Positions 36,324 to 48,940 of a DNA stretch of 64,000 nt are shown here, piece by piece. The stretch comes from Octopus sinensis. Its lineage: Eukaryota. Within the stretch, counting starts at the first letter, position 1. Each line of letters begins with the position of its first letter. Location: assembly GCF_006345805.1 (NCBI RefSeq), contig NC_043015.1, positions 48,980,001-49,044,000 on the forward strand, read 5' to 3'. Position numbers and translations under genes: made by a program. The notes under the pieces are model-generated. The model searched no databases and was not told the DNA's origin. It was given only the letters and a program-made list of their open reading frames with translations.

Positions 36324-36523
36324 GTGAGAACCCAGGTCCAAAATGTTTTGGAAAATATGTCGATTTTTTTCAATCTTAACATCAAAACAAACATAGGAGG
36401 CGTGCATAATGGATCACCGTAAGTGCGTACGTATGTACGTATGCATGTTTGCATACATGCATGTATGTATGTATGTAGTGTGTATATACATATATTATAT
36501 AGATATATTATATATATATATAT

Positions 36524-36593
<70 letters not shown>

Positions 36594-36615
36594 ACACACA
36601 TACATATACATACGT

Positions 36616-37003
36616 ACAGGAGTGGCTGTGTGGTAAGTAGCTTGCTTACCAACCACATGTGTCCGGGTTCAGTCCCACTGCGTGACACCTTGGGCAAGTG
36701 TCTTCTACTATAGCCTCGGGCCAACCAAAGCCTTGTGAGTGGATTTGGTAGACGGAAACTGAAAGAATCCCGTCGTATATATGTGTGTGTGTGTGTTTCT
36801 GTTTGTATGTCTGTGTTTGTCCCCCCCCAACATTGCTTGATAACCGATGCTGGTGTGTTTACGTCCCTGTCACTTAGCGGTTCGGCAAGAGAATCCAATA
36901 GAATAAGTGCTAGGCTTACAAATAATAAGTTCTGGGGTCAATTTGCTCGACTAAAGGCGGTGCCCCAGCATGGCCGCAGTCAAATGACTGAAACAAATAA
37001 AAG
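36616..37003 (+). mobile_element. SINE family A
   Basis: Matches consensus. Confidence 0.92.
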
Positions 37004-37482
37004 AACACATACACATCATCGTAGACTTACGACCTATTCGACTTACGACCGTTCGACTTTACGACGATTGGCGCGCCAGCTCCCGGCGGCGATAGTAAAT
37101 AGTCCAATTGAAATCTAATGGGTTCAATTTCTTAGAAATTAACTTGTCTACGGGTGGTGTCAGCTAACAAACGCTTCCCCTAGGTTTCGTTATCGATCGC
37201 CACTGTGATGGATGAATATCCTGTCGTGGAGACATCGAGGCAACCTCTTATTTGTTTATAAGACGACTGCCTGAGACTCCGAAATGTTTGACTAACGCCA
37301 GTATAGTAGTATAACACAGAATGCTGAGTGTGACCTTTACGCGAGAATGTACCTTAAGAATGTAGAAATACAAAACAAAGCTATGTGTAGGCCTATAGGC
37401 CGATTTACGACTAGTCAGTCGGAACGAATTGTGGTCATAAATCGACGACGACCTGTATGTATGTATGTATATATATATATAT

Positions 37483-37570
<88 letters not shown>

Positions 37571-37631
37571 TAAAAACGGTAAGATAACAAAAAAAGAAAG
37601 AGACCTCAATATTATGTAAATAGAGGAAATT

Positions 37632-37789
37632 TATCTGTAAATTAATATGAGACAATTATTCAATAGCCAAGATAAAACTGCCAGATGGCCAGATAACCGA
37701 AGAGATGGTGTTGTGGATTTCCACTTCGGCATCCGAAATTCAGAGTTTTATCTTGGCTATTGAATAATTATCACATATTAATTTACAGA
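37632..37789. repeat. Inverted repeat with ~47-bp arms (possible Penelope-type terminal structure)
   Basis: ATCTGTAAATTAATATG..AGATAAAACT / AGTTTTATCT..CATATTAATTTACAGAT. Confidence 0.8.
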
Positions 37790-37987
37790 TATATATATAT
37801 TTCTTTACTACCCACAAGGAGCTAAACATAGAGGGGACAAACAAGGACAGACAAACGGATTAAGTCGATTACATCGACCCCAGTGCGTAACTGGTGCTTA
37901 ATTTATCGACCCCGAAAGGATGAAAGGCAAAGTCGACCTCGGCGGAATTTGAACTCAGAACGTAGCGGCAGACTAAATACGGTAACG

Positions 37988-38187
37988 CATTTCTCAATTC
38001 TCAGGTCTCCATATTTATCAACTTTTTCTTTCATGGTATGTTGATCTCCTGATACTGCAACGTCGATTATTAGGCACTCTTGTTTGTCCCACCTAGAAGT
38101 TACTATACCCGGCCTTCGGTGCTCTAACACTTTATCTGTATGGAAATCAAAGTCCCAGAGGATATTTGCCTTCCCCTTCTCGTCCAT
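37988..38187 (-). mobile_element. RLE (PD-D/ExK) endonuclease fragment of an R4/NeSL-type non-LTR element
   Basis: ILWDFDFHTDKVLEHRRPGIV..KQECLIIDVAVSGD..KEKVDKYGDLRIE. Confidence 0.85.
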
Positions 38188-38219
38188 TACCTTTACATGA
38201 ACAGAAAACCAGTATAGAA

Positions 38220-38430
38220 GCTTTTGAGAGATCTTCTATTAGCGCAACATCGTCTGCAATAAGCAGATGACGAATGACACCGGTGCGCAGCAGTATTTTG
38301 GCTTTGAATAATCTTGTCCGAAACTGGAATTTAACACCACTTCGTATGACATCAAAATCAATCATGCTTCAACATCACTGAAAAGAAGAGTGCTAACAAA
38401 AACATGGACCATGACACAACCTTGCAAAGG
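38220..38430 (-). mobile_element. RTE-clade RT fragment
   Basis: QGCVM.. followed by VIRHLLIADDVAL (decayed QGC and FADD motifs). Confidence 0.6.
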
Positions 38431-38949
38431 ATAAAAGCGGCTGCAAATATACCGCCTGCACTGACCTGTAATCTTCGTATTCGCAAAATCTGCGGGCTTC
38501 TTTGTAAATCGGTGGCGGGACTCGAATACCGCATTCGACATAAGCATCACGACTGACAAAGAAAGTGTAGGCTGTCGAATCCTGATACATCGAAATCGAC
38601 GGAAGAGTCCATCACATATATAAAGGTAAGAAGCTCTCAAGGGAGTTGAACGGTAGGTCTTCAGAGAAGAAAATCTGTCAGGCAAGTGTTTCAGCCCTTG
38701 ACTTCTTACACTCTAAGGGGGTCGGGCCGCATCCAGGTCATGATCGTGGCTGCCCTTCTGCTGACACGTTTTAGCCACTTGAATATCGGAAATTTCTTCA
38801 TTTAAACCGCTTGGCGATTTCATCTAGCTGTAACTCCTCTCTGCTGATTCAGCTACCAAACTTATACTTGAAGAAACAACGTTGGTTGCCATGGTAACGG
38901 TGAAACGTCAACACTTTCACAGTGATTCAACTCAGAGTTACTACCCTTA

Positions 38950-39235
38950 GCGGTAAAGCGGTGTTGAGATCGTTTTGTTCCTCCTCAACCAGAACCAACT
39001 GGAACACCTCTCCGCTTTCTCTGATATTGTCTTTAAAGCATCGATTCTGTTCTTCCCAGAGACAGAGAGTTGTTTCATTAGATGGTAAGTTAACCTGGAC
39101 ATAAAACCGCAAACTCCAACCTCTGTGGCGAGAACTTTAACCCGGAAGTCAGTTTCCCTCAGGCCGTTGGTTAGACTGGCGTATTTTTCGCTCATGAACA
39201 CGTGAGCTTCTTCAATTCCACACATTGAGTTCATT
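38950..39235 (-). mobile_element. C-terminal RLE region of a NeSL/HERO-like non-LTR element
   Basis: IEEAH..KYASL..RVKVLATEVGVCGF..ISEKAERCSSWFWLRRN. Confidence 0.8.
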
Positions 39236-39303
39236 CAAAATTGGTTGCTCTAATGAACTGGAATGGAGTACGATATCCAGCCTCAAGTCACACTTCCTGA
39301 GGT

Positions 39304-39960
39304 TTCTTATTTTTTTACTGCCAACAAGGGGCTGAACATAGAGGGGACAAACAAGGACAGAAAAACGGATTAACTCGATTATATCGACCCCAGTGCGTAA
39401 CTGGTACTTATTTAATCGACCCCGAAAGGATGAAAGGCAAAGTCGACCTCGGCGGAATTTGAACTCAGAACGTAGCAACAGACGAAATAGCTATTTCTTT
39501 ACTACCCACAAGAGGCTAGACACAGAGAGGACAAACAAGGACAGACAAACGGATTAACTCGATTATATCGACACCAGTGCATAACTGGTACTTAATTTAT
39601 CGACCCCGAAAGGATGAAAGGCAAAGTCGACCTCGGCAGAATTTGAACTCAGAACGTAGCGACAGACGAAATACCGCTAAGCATTTCGCCCGGCGTGCTA
39701 ACGTTTCTGCCAGCTCGCCGCCTTTAAAGGAATATATATTTCTTTACTACCCACAAGGGGCTGAACATAGAGGGGACAAACAAGGACAGACAAACGGATT
39801 AAGTCGATTACATCGACCCCAGTGCGTAACTGGTACTTAATTTATCGACTCCGAAAGGATGAAAGGCAAAGTCGACCTCGGCGGAATTTGAACTCAGAAC
39901 GTAGCGGCTGACGAAATACCGCTAAGCATTTCGCCCGGCGTGCTAACGTTTCTGCCAGCT
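39304..39960 (-). mobile_element. SINE family B cluster (dimer with head plus a monomer)
   Basis: Matches consensus. Confidence 0.9.
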
Positions 39961-40264
39961 GTCTTCCTGGTGATTTCTGGTTGTTTTGTTGATTCTGGGA
40001 GGTCCGCTGAGCACTCCCAGAAGACTTTAGCTTAAGCCCTTGGCCCAACTGGTTTCGAGTAGTATCGGATAGAATTGGGCGAAACTACGTGGACATTCAA
40101 GATTCCGACTGAAGAAACAGTTGGCTGCGAATGATCCATGTATCTTGTTTTGTTCTGTTTGCTGTTGTTGTGGTATCGTCCTTTTCCCGCTTGTTATGTT
40201 TTGACTATTTCCGTTTGTTGTGTTTTTACCTTTGATTTATATATATTTACACACACACATATAC

Positions 40265-40315
<51 letters not shown>

Positions 40316-40730
40316 TATATATATAAAATACAAAATGGGACAACAAGGTGATACAAAAAGGGACAACAGAATATCCAGATAGACGATACAAAAAGACAAG
40401 GACGGGTCATTCGAAGCTTTCTATCGTCAGTCACGAACCGGACCATCCTCGCAATTTCGGCTGTGAGGTTGCTCCAATCTGGCCAGCCCCAAGGAAAAAC
40501 TAAGCTAAGAGCATTAGATTCCTTGGAAGAAAACATCGAATGTATACGAAAACAAGGACGGAAAAACAGACGATGTTACACAAATATAAATACAAAATAC
40601 AATTAAAAAAATAACAGGACAAAACAACGGGTGTCTTTCGACTGGGGACGAATTGAATTCAGCTGGCGTGTCTGGAAATGAAGCCTTACGGGAGAGATAC
40701 AAAACATTCACAAACACAGGAAAGAATATC

Positions 40731-40828
<98 letters not shown>

Positions 40829-40829
40829 G

Positions 40830-41345
40830 GTATCAAGTTAGAGGAGTTTAATACCTCTAAGGGATAATTAAATCCAGAGTCGCTCCTGGCTATTAGCTGG
40901 GTAGGTACAGTCTTTTGTAAGGTTGTGCGGTACCAAGTAATTCGTTTGGTAAACCGGAGTTTAGATTATATAAGAGAAGAAAAGGGATACAATAACATTG
41001 GGAAACTCTTGGTTTACGCTGGTATGTCTTTAATTAAATAGGTAACAAAGGAGGAAGAAGCAAAGATGAGGGTAGCATTTACGATCGTTTCGATTTACTG
41101 AAGTAAGTAAATCTCTTCAGAATGCAATTATAGATAGATTCATCGGTTAGGATGCGAAAATGATTGATACATATGTGATGGTAATGTAAACAAAGTGGTA
41201 ATTCTTACATTGAATTTTGTTCTTGCACTTGTAAATTTGTTGGGTTTGCTTGTGGTAGACTGGTTGGTTTAGTTGGGTAATTAGGGCTGAGTAATTTAGG
41301 TGCGGGTTACCTCGTTTAATTAAGCACATTTTTCTCACGTGTGCA
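40830..41345 (-). mobile_element. Penelope-like element 3' end / pseudo-LTR
   Basis: Decayed ORF end (KMCLIKRGNPHLN..) followed by a hammerhead ribozyme, the arrangement known for Penelope-like elements. Confidence 0.6.
41075..41125 (-). ncRNA. Intact minimal type I hammerhead ribozyme
   Basis: GCAUU-CUGAAGA-GAUUUACU/UACUUC/AGUAAAUC-GAAA-CGAUCG-UA-AAUGC: canonical core, 5-bp helix I, 8-bp helix II, palindromic helix III, GUA cleavage triplet. Confidence 0.88.
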
Positions 41346-41361
41346 TTCCGTTGTATAGATA

Positions 41362-41406
<45 letters not shown>

Positions 41407-41766
41407 GATATATATATATATTTCCAAGAAAGTTAGAGGTTGTGAATCCAACCAACTAAGGGATAATATCTATCCAATATACAGCTGGTGGAATACCAAA
41501 TTATTAATATACAAGTGTCTTCATTTTATTTATTTCCTGTATGTTATATTTTAATAATTACTGGTATCCTTATATATCTTTATATATTTTATATGCAAAG
41601 CATGATATGTTATACATGTATGTATATTCTTGTAATTGTCAGTTTAGTAAATAAATAAATAAATAAATCAACATAATATAATGCCTAAAAGTTGATGAAT
41701 ACCACTTATTGATCCCCTCCATTTTCTTATTGCTCTCTCCCTCTCTCTCTCTCTCCTCTCTCTCTC

Positions 41767-41914
<148 letters not shown>

Positions 41915-42049
41915 ACTTATTCATTTTTATACTTTTTGTGATCCATTATATGTTTTATAAAAATATATTTTATGTTTTATTTATGATTTGGTTTATGTCT
42001 ATCATTGTTTGAATTGCATAATAGTGGTTTTTTTTCTCTAATTTATACA

Positions 42050-42420
42050 TTTTATATATATATATATATCATTGGAAGTATCAATTTACTAGATGGAGTC
42101 CAATAAATGTCATTAAATAAATGAAACAGGTTTTGATGATAATACGAATTATTTATATAATTTAACCAGACACCTGTTTCTGTTGCAAAAGACCATATTT
42201 GAAGAACATGTATTCCAACAAAAATAATGCATATTCTTTTGTTGAAATATATGTTCTTCAATTGTATACCCAAATATGGTCTTTTGCAACAGAAACAGCC
42301 GTCTGGTTAAATTAAATAAATAATTGGTATTATCATCAAAACCTGCTCCATTTATTTGATGACATTTATTGGACTCCGTCTAATAAGTTGATTTTTCCAA
42401 ACATTTTTATTTATATATAT
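42050..42420. repeat. ~370-bp imperfect foldback palindrome
   Basis: Arms pair from the outer (TA)n through GACCATATTTG/CAAATATGGTC and TTGAAGAACAT/ATGTTCTTCAA. Confidence 0.85.
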
Positions 42421-42547
42421 TCATATGGAAATGAAAGGATTCCCTTAAATAAAGTATGATTAAAAAACCTTGGAAACCCTAGGGAATAATGACCTAAATG
42501 GAAGAAGTATTTTTATCCGGAAAAATATAGTGTGTGTGTGTGTGTGT

Positions 42548-42606
<59 letters not shown>

Positions 42607-42608
42607 CG

Positions 42609-42989
42609 TGGCACTCCGTCGGTTACGACGACGAGAGTTCCAGATAATCTGATCAACGAACAGCCTGCTCGTGAAATTAAAGCACAAGTGGCTGAGCATT
42701 CCACAGACACGTGTACCCTTAACGTAGTTCTTGGGGAAATTCAGCGTGACACAGATTGTGGACAAGGCTGGCCCTTTGAAATACAGGCACAACAGAAGCA
42801 GGAAGAAAGAGTGAGAGAAAGTTGTGGTGAAAGAGTACAGCAGGGTTCATCACTTCCCCCCCCCCGTCGGAGCCTCGTGGAGATATAAGTGTTTTCGCTC
42901 AATAAACACTCACAACGCCCGGTCTGGGAATCGAAACCACGATCCTATAACCACGAGTCCGCTGCCCTAACCACTGGGCCATTGTGCCT

Positions 42990-42992
<3 letters not shown>
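42609..42992 (-). mobile_element. SINE family C, full length
   Basis: Head and body match 6847-7035; the tail differs. Confidence 0.88.
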
Positions 42993-43045
<53 letters not shown>

Positions 43046-43534
43046 ATACACACAGCAACAATTTAACACCAGCAACAACCACGGCCACTCCTCAACACTA
43101 GTACAATTGATGAACTATTAAACTCTACAATCAAGGGCCCTTCACAGTCTTGCTATCCACTTCCTCATTTCCTCGGAGTACCACAAGTGACCCATCGTCA
43201 TCACTGTCATCATGTTCTACTGCTACTACCCTTGCCACAACTAAACAATAGCAACAACAACAAACTCAACATTGGAAGTCACTCTTCAGTACTAGAACAA
43301 TCAACTATTGGACAACACAGTCTCCAGCTCTTCTCATCTGTCAGGCCACTCAAATTCTTCTCAGAATAACTCAAGAGATCCATCATCATCATGATCTTCC
43401 TATTCTACTGCTACTGTCAGTACCACTACTGCTACTCCAGTTGGTGAAGAATCACTCCTTTCTCCCCTCCCCGTCGACCTCAATATGAATGTATACCAGA
43501 CAGTTCCATGATAGATCTGCCAACTGTACATATA

Positions 43535-43725
43535 GGCGTAGGAGTGGCTATGTGGTAAGTAGCTTGCTTACGAACCACATGGTTCCGGGTACAGTCCCAC
43601 TGCGTGGCACCTTGGACAAGTGACTTCTACTATAACCTCAAGCCAACCAAAGCCTTGTGAGTGGATTTGGTAGACGGAAACTGAAAGAAGCCCGTCGTAT
43701 ATATGTATAAATACATATATATGTG

Positions 43726-43808
<83 letters not shown>

Positions 43809-43813
43809 GTATG

Positions 43814-43850
<37 letters not shown>

Positions 43851-44068
43851 ATATATTTGTGTGCCTGTGTTCGTCCCCACCAACATCGCTTGACAACCGA
43901 TGCAGGTGTGTATACGTCCCCGTAACTTAGTGGTTCGGCAAAAGTGACCGATAGAATAAGTACTAGGCTTATAAAGAATAAGTCCTGGGGTCGATTTGCT
44001 CGACTAAAGGCGGTGCTCCCGCATGGCCACAGTCAAATGACTGAAACAAGTAAAAGAGTAAAGTAAAA
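43535..44068 (+). mobile_element. SINE family A with an expanded internal microsatellite
   Basis: Matches consensus. Confidence 0.92.
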
Positions 44069-44419
44069 CTATGAACACACGAAACTCCCAAAATATGCTG
44101 CTATTCTCAACACGAGAGGCTATGCATACGCAGAGACTCTAACTTTAGCGCAAACCACACATCTAACACCATCATCACCACCACAACCACCACCACCACT
44201 AAATGCTAAATTACAATAACGTCTACACATGTAACCCGGAGTCGTAAAATTTGTTGCTATTTCCAACAAAAATATGATCAGATGTCCCTTCACTCATCTT
44301 CCAGGGACTCGATGCACATGTAAAAGCATGACACTAAACCACCACCAAATCCACAATAGAAACATTCCTTACAGTGTTGGTCCAGACAGATAGACACACA
44401 TTCTCAGTTTTATATATAT

Positions 44420-44655
44420 ATAGATAATAAGTCTATCCTCCCACAAGCTCAAAAAGGCCGTAAAAGGAATTCTTATCAGTCCAAAGATCAATAACTCATA
44501 AGTAAAATCATTTTAGAGAATTACCGGAGCAAAAAGAACCTGAATATGACATGGATAGACGAGTGGAAAGCGTTTGTGTCCCACATAATTAGCTACTCAA
44601 AGGCCTTGAGATATGTAAGACCTCTTCTGTCGTCTCCAAATTCTTACAAGGTAGC
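44420..44655 (+). mobile_element. RT fragment of an R4/NeSL-type non-LTR element
   Basis: QKGRKRNSY..KDQ*LISKIILENYRSKKNLNMTWIDEWKAF..VPH, resembling the KDQLLINK..WIDYKKAFDSVPH motif. Confidence 0.65.
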
Positions 44656-44664
44656 ATGGACAAG

Positions 44665-44751
<87 letters not shown>

Positions 44752-44752
44752 A

Positions 44753-44806
<54 letters not shown>

Positions 44807-44813
44807 TTCATAG

Positions 44814-44870
44814 ATATAACATTGGCTAAATCAAGAAGGAATATCGACCGTACAATATTGAACATTTAAG
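44814..44870 (+). other. Exon-like 57-nt segment with an in-frame TAA
   Basis: Acceptor ATCTTTCATAG, donor AAG|GTATGT; phase 2->2 reads YNIG*IKKEYRPYNIEHL. Confidence 0.3.
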
Positions 44871-45825
44871 GTATGTCTCTATTCCGATACTTCGAAACAA
44901 GCTGTCACCAATTTGCCTGATTTATAATGAAATGGATGCATGAAACCTTCACGATTAAAAGTGCATTACTATTTTTTTTAATCTCACAACGTGAGATATT
45001 CAGCCACAGTACTTTGTAGTAAAGATTGTTTGCCAACATAACATGGCAGTCCTGGTTTAGGACTGATGTTGCTGTAATTTAGCCCCAGGATACATCGTCT
45101 CTAGCTGGCTATACAACACAATCTGTTTCCTTATATTTTCGAACAAGGGAATCTAGCATCCCCACTCAGCTCAAAACAATATCTGTGTATCACGATTTCT
45201 GGCTTATTTCTCTACATCAGCACAGAATAATTGTTCGGCTATTCCTGTTCGAAATATATAGTTTTCAAAGTGCATTAGCAAAAATTCACACTGACAAGGC
45301 ATATAAACAACATTATATTTTATTATAAAGCACTTTGGGAACAATTTTACGAACAACCGACATTGTCAGATGTATTTTCCATTTGCGTGAAAAAAAGATA
45401 ACGTGCCATCGTTTTTAACAATATACCATTGTTACTGATTGTTAAATCTAGAAAACCACAAACTACTGGCCATGAACTGATCGCTATCAGTTGTTATTAA
45501 GATTACACGAGACAGTAATTTATATAACCAACACAATTCCTTTGTACAATAAAAATTATACAACACAAAATGGCGGACATATGAATGATATGTTACGCAA
45601 TTTTTAAGGACTGCTAAATTTTCATTATAACTGGGTGAATCTACTCAACCAGGGATTGGATCCTTACTTCCGGTTTATAAAGGAAGTGACAACTCGAAGG
45701 TTATTATTTGCTAGACATTTGGTAAAAGAAAATCGATGTTTCTTGCTGTAGATGAAAGGAGATTTCCGTTGCAAATAAAATGGCAATGGCCGCAGCAACT
45801 GAGAGAATTCTGTCAATTGGTTGGT

Positions 45826-46495
45826 TACTCTTTTACTTGTTTCAGTCATTTGACTGTGGCCATGCTGGAGCACCACCTTGAGTCGAGCAAATCGACCACA
45901 GGATTTATACTTTGTAAGCCTAGTACTTATTTCATCGGTCTCTTTTGCCGAACCGCTAAGTTACGTGGATGTAAACACACTAGCATCGGCTGTCAAGCGA
46001 GGTTGAGGGGGACAAACACAGACACACAAATCTGCACATATACATACATACAGACAGACAGACAGACAGACAAAAATACCCTGTTGTTGTTGAAGTTCCA
46101 ATGAAGGAGCCTTGAATCTGTGTTGGAAGCCGGCTCTTTCTCTATTGGTAAGAAGTTTTGAAATGAAATTGAACAATGGCATACATACATACACACATAT
46201 ATTTATATATGTATGTCTGTGTATGTATGCGTGTATGTATGTATGTATGTATGTATGTATGTATGTATGTATGTATGTATGTATGTATATATGTGTGTGT
46301 ATGTATGTGTGTGTGTATGTATGTATGTATGTATACGACGAGCTTCGGTTTCTGTCTATCAGATCTATTCACAAAGCTTTGGTCGGCCCAAGGCTATAAT
46401 AGAAGACACTCGCCCAAGGTGGTCACACAGTGGGACTGAACCCAGAACCATGTGGTTGGGAAGCAAACTTCTTACCACACAGCTATGCCTGCGCT
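45826..46495 (-). mobile_element. SINE family A with a foreign insert in its internal microsatellite
   Basis: Tail half 45826-46030, head half 46335-46495. Confidence 0.8.
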
Positions 46496-46619
46496 TATAT
46501 ATCAGATTTCTATTTCAAGTTTAAAGGAAATAAAATTCATCTGCGAAGAATGGAACTAGATTTGATAAAAACGAAGTTTGTTTTTGGACAGCGTTCGTTC
46601 CATAGCTTATCTTCTTGAA

Positions 46620-46838
46620 GCTAACTTAAGAATTAGGAGGAATTTACTAGTTCTGATTCTTCCAGCAGTCAAAGAAACTAAAGAAATACATGACTGCGAT
46701 ATTCGGCTCTCTTCTCTTCATTTGAAAGCGCCATATAAGAACTTCTCTAAATGATTTAAAGACATTTTCATTATGGAGAATACTGTCTGGATTTTAGATC
46801 CATGTTCAAGTATTGAGGAAATACAAATACAGTAATAA
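46620..46838 (+). mobile_element. Probable hAT transposase relic
   Basis: EIHDCDIRLSSLHLKAPYKNFSK*FKDIFIMENTVWILDPC resembles hAT/Buster C-terminal HL..L..F..RF.D..W...P. Confidence 0.45.
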
Positions 46839-46846
46839 GAGAAACC

Positions 46847-47265
46847 GGATCTTTTCGGTTTGAACGACAGTTTTTTCTAGCGGTGTCATATGAAATTGTC
46901 ACCCATAATTATGACCCTAGTGTCGATCTATTGCATTTCAATATCTTTTGAGGTTAGGGTTAGGGGTGGGGGAAGGGTATCTTTTTTTCTTCACAGATGT
47001 AAATAAACCCAATCTGTTTCTTAAACGAGGGACATATTCGTACGGCACAGAATGTTGTTTACCTCAATAGACGTCAGTGATTGGTTGAAATTGCAGAAAT
47101 TGAAGAAAAAAAAACAACAAATATCTTACAAACTATAGAATTTTCTCAATAAAGCCAAGAGAAAACGATGTTTTATAAACACATTCTACCAGTATACGAA
47201 GTTTAAAATTTTTTTAGTTACGTGGAAATTATTTTTAAAAACTGCCGTTCAAACCGAAAAGATCC
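46847..47265. mobile_element. ~415-bp GGATCT-ended MITE, copy 2
   Basis: 28-bp TIRs; 8-bp TSD GAGAAACC at 46839-46846 and 47266-47273. Confidence 0.96.
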
Positions 47266-47459
47266 GAGAAACCAAAAACTGAGAACGGCGACTATCTTTT
47301 CCAGAGGCAGCACTGAACTGTAAAATCTTTAGCTTGAATAATGAGCCTCTGTGGAAAAATTCCTGATTGTGTGATGTTCTCCTGGGTAACAGTTTCTACT
47401 CTCGTGATCCCGGTTTCAAATTAAAAGCTATGGTAAATCTATACATTTTCATTATGGGG

Positions 47460-47725
47460 AATACGTACATACATACAAACAAACACACATACATACATAC
47501 ATACATACATACATACATACATACATACATACATACATACATACATACATAGATGCATACAAATATACATACATATATACATACATACATATATACATAC
47601 ATGCATACATATATACATACATACATACATAAATGCATACATAATACATACATACAATACATACATACATACATACATACATACATACATAAATGCATAC
47701 ATAATACATACATACATACATACAT

Positions 47726-47758
<33 letters not shown>

Positions 47759-47845
47759 CATACATAGATGCATACATATATATACATACATAGATGCATA
47801 CATATATACATACATATATACATACTTACATTTATACATACATTT

Positions 47846-47876
<31 letters not shown>

Positions 47877-47935
47877 CATACATGCATACGTATATACATA
47901 CATACATACAGCAAATACTTGTAAAATATTCAATA
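47460..47935. repeat. (CATA)n microsatellite
   Basis: Direct reading. Confidence 0.96.
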
Positions 47936-48011
47936 CGTACAAACACACATACATGAACAAATATACAGACAAACGTATACATAAATTAATATACACCATA
48001 ATACACGCACG

Positions 48012-48062
<51 letters not shown>

Positions 48063-48127
48063 TTTCAAATAAACGTAAAGATTCTCTGCCCGCAACGCAC
48101 CCTATTTGGATTTTTTTTCCAAAGTAG

Positions 48128-48165
48128 GATCACAAACTGGTGTAGAATTTGGTAATGGTTGTAGG
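48128..48165 (+). CDS. Possible 38-nt exon (GSQTGVEFGNGCR)
   Basis: TTTTTTTTCCAAAGTAG acceptor, AGG|GTAAGA donor; phase 1->0 does not fit the simple chain. Confidence 0.25.
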
Positions 48166-48494
48166 GTAAGAAAATGTCAAAGGTATCTGGGTTTCTAGTG
48201 ACACCAGAATTAAGAGAGACAACAGTAGACAAGAACGGCTTTACAATTACTAAGAACTTAGATTACATCTTGGGTGAACCATTAACCTTTATCAGCAATT
48301 TATTGCTATTATGGCTTGATCTGTTGATAATCCAGGAGATTCGCTTATTTTCGAGAAATATTTTTCTTCTCTCGAACCTTTTCTGCGGGTTAAAAGTAAA
48401 TTTCGGCACATGTCGCGGTTATGGCGATTCACCCAACCCCACCAATGTTTTGTACAACTCCCAACATATTAACCCCAATTCTCTGCACAGTTTT

Positions 48495-48735
48495 TCTTTT
48501 GCCCTTTTACTTGTTTCAGTTATGTGGCTGTGGCCATGCTGGAGTACCGCCTTTAGTCGATCGAGCAAATCGACCCAAGGACTTATTCTTTGTCAGTCTA
48601 GTACTTCTTCTATCGGTCTCGTTTGCCGAACCGCTAAGTTACGGGGACGTAAGCACACCAGCATCGGTTGTCAAGCGACGTTGGGGGGACTAACACAGAC
48701 ACACAAACATATACACACACATACATATGTATGTG

Positions 48736-48775
<40 letters not shown>

Positions 48776-48940
48776 TACGATGGGCTTCTTTCAGTTTCCG
48801 TCTACCAAATCCACGCACAAGGCTTTGGTCAGCCCGAGGCTATAGTAGAAGACACTTGCCCAAGGTGCCACGCAGTGGGACTGAACCCGGTACTATGTGG
48901 TTCGTAAGCAAGCTACTTAACACACAGCCACTCCTACGCC
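48495..48940 (-). mobile_element. SINE family A, full length
   Basis: Matches consensus. Confidence 0.92.

Noticed and set aside
40105-40135. CTGAAGA..CGAATG here and CTGACGA..CGAATG at ~40395-40411 (-)
   Set aside because: GAAU in place of GAAA and no convincing helix I or III; not called as hammerheads.
43067-43369. ~100-codon open frame in C/A-rich DNA
   Set aside because: Decayed trinucleotide composition, no splice signals, no recognisable motif.
48174-48845. 223-aa ORF, longest in the track
   Set aside because: The C-terminal half is antisense SINE A and microsatellite; the N-terminal ~105 aa has no recognisable motif or exon boundaries.
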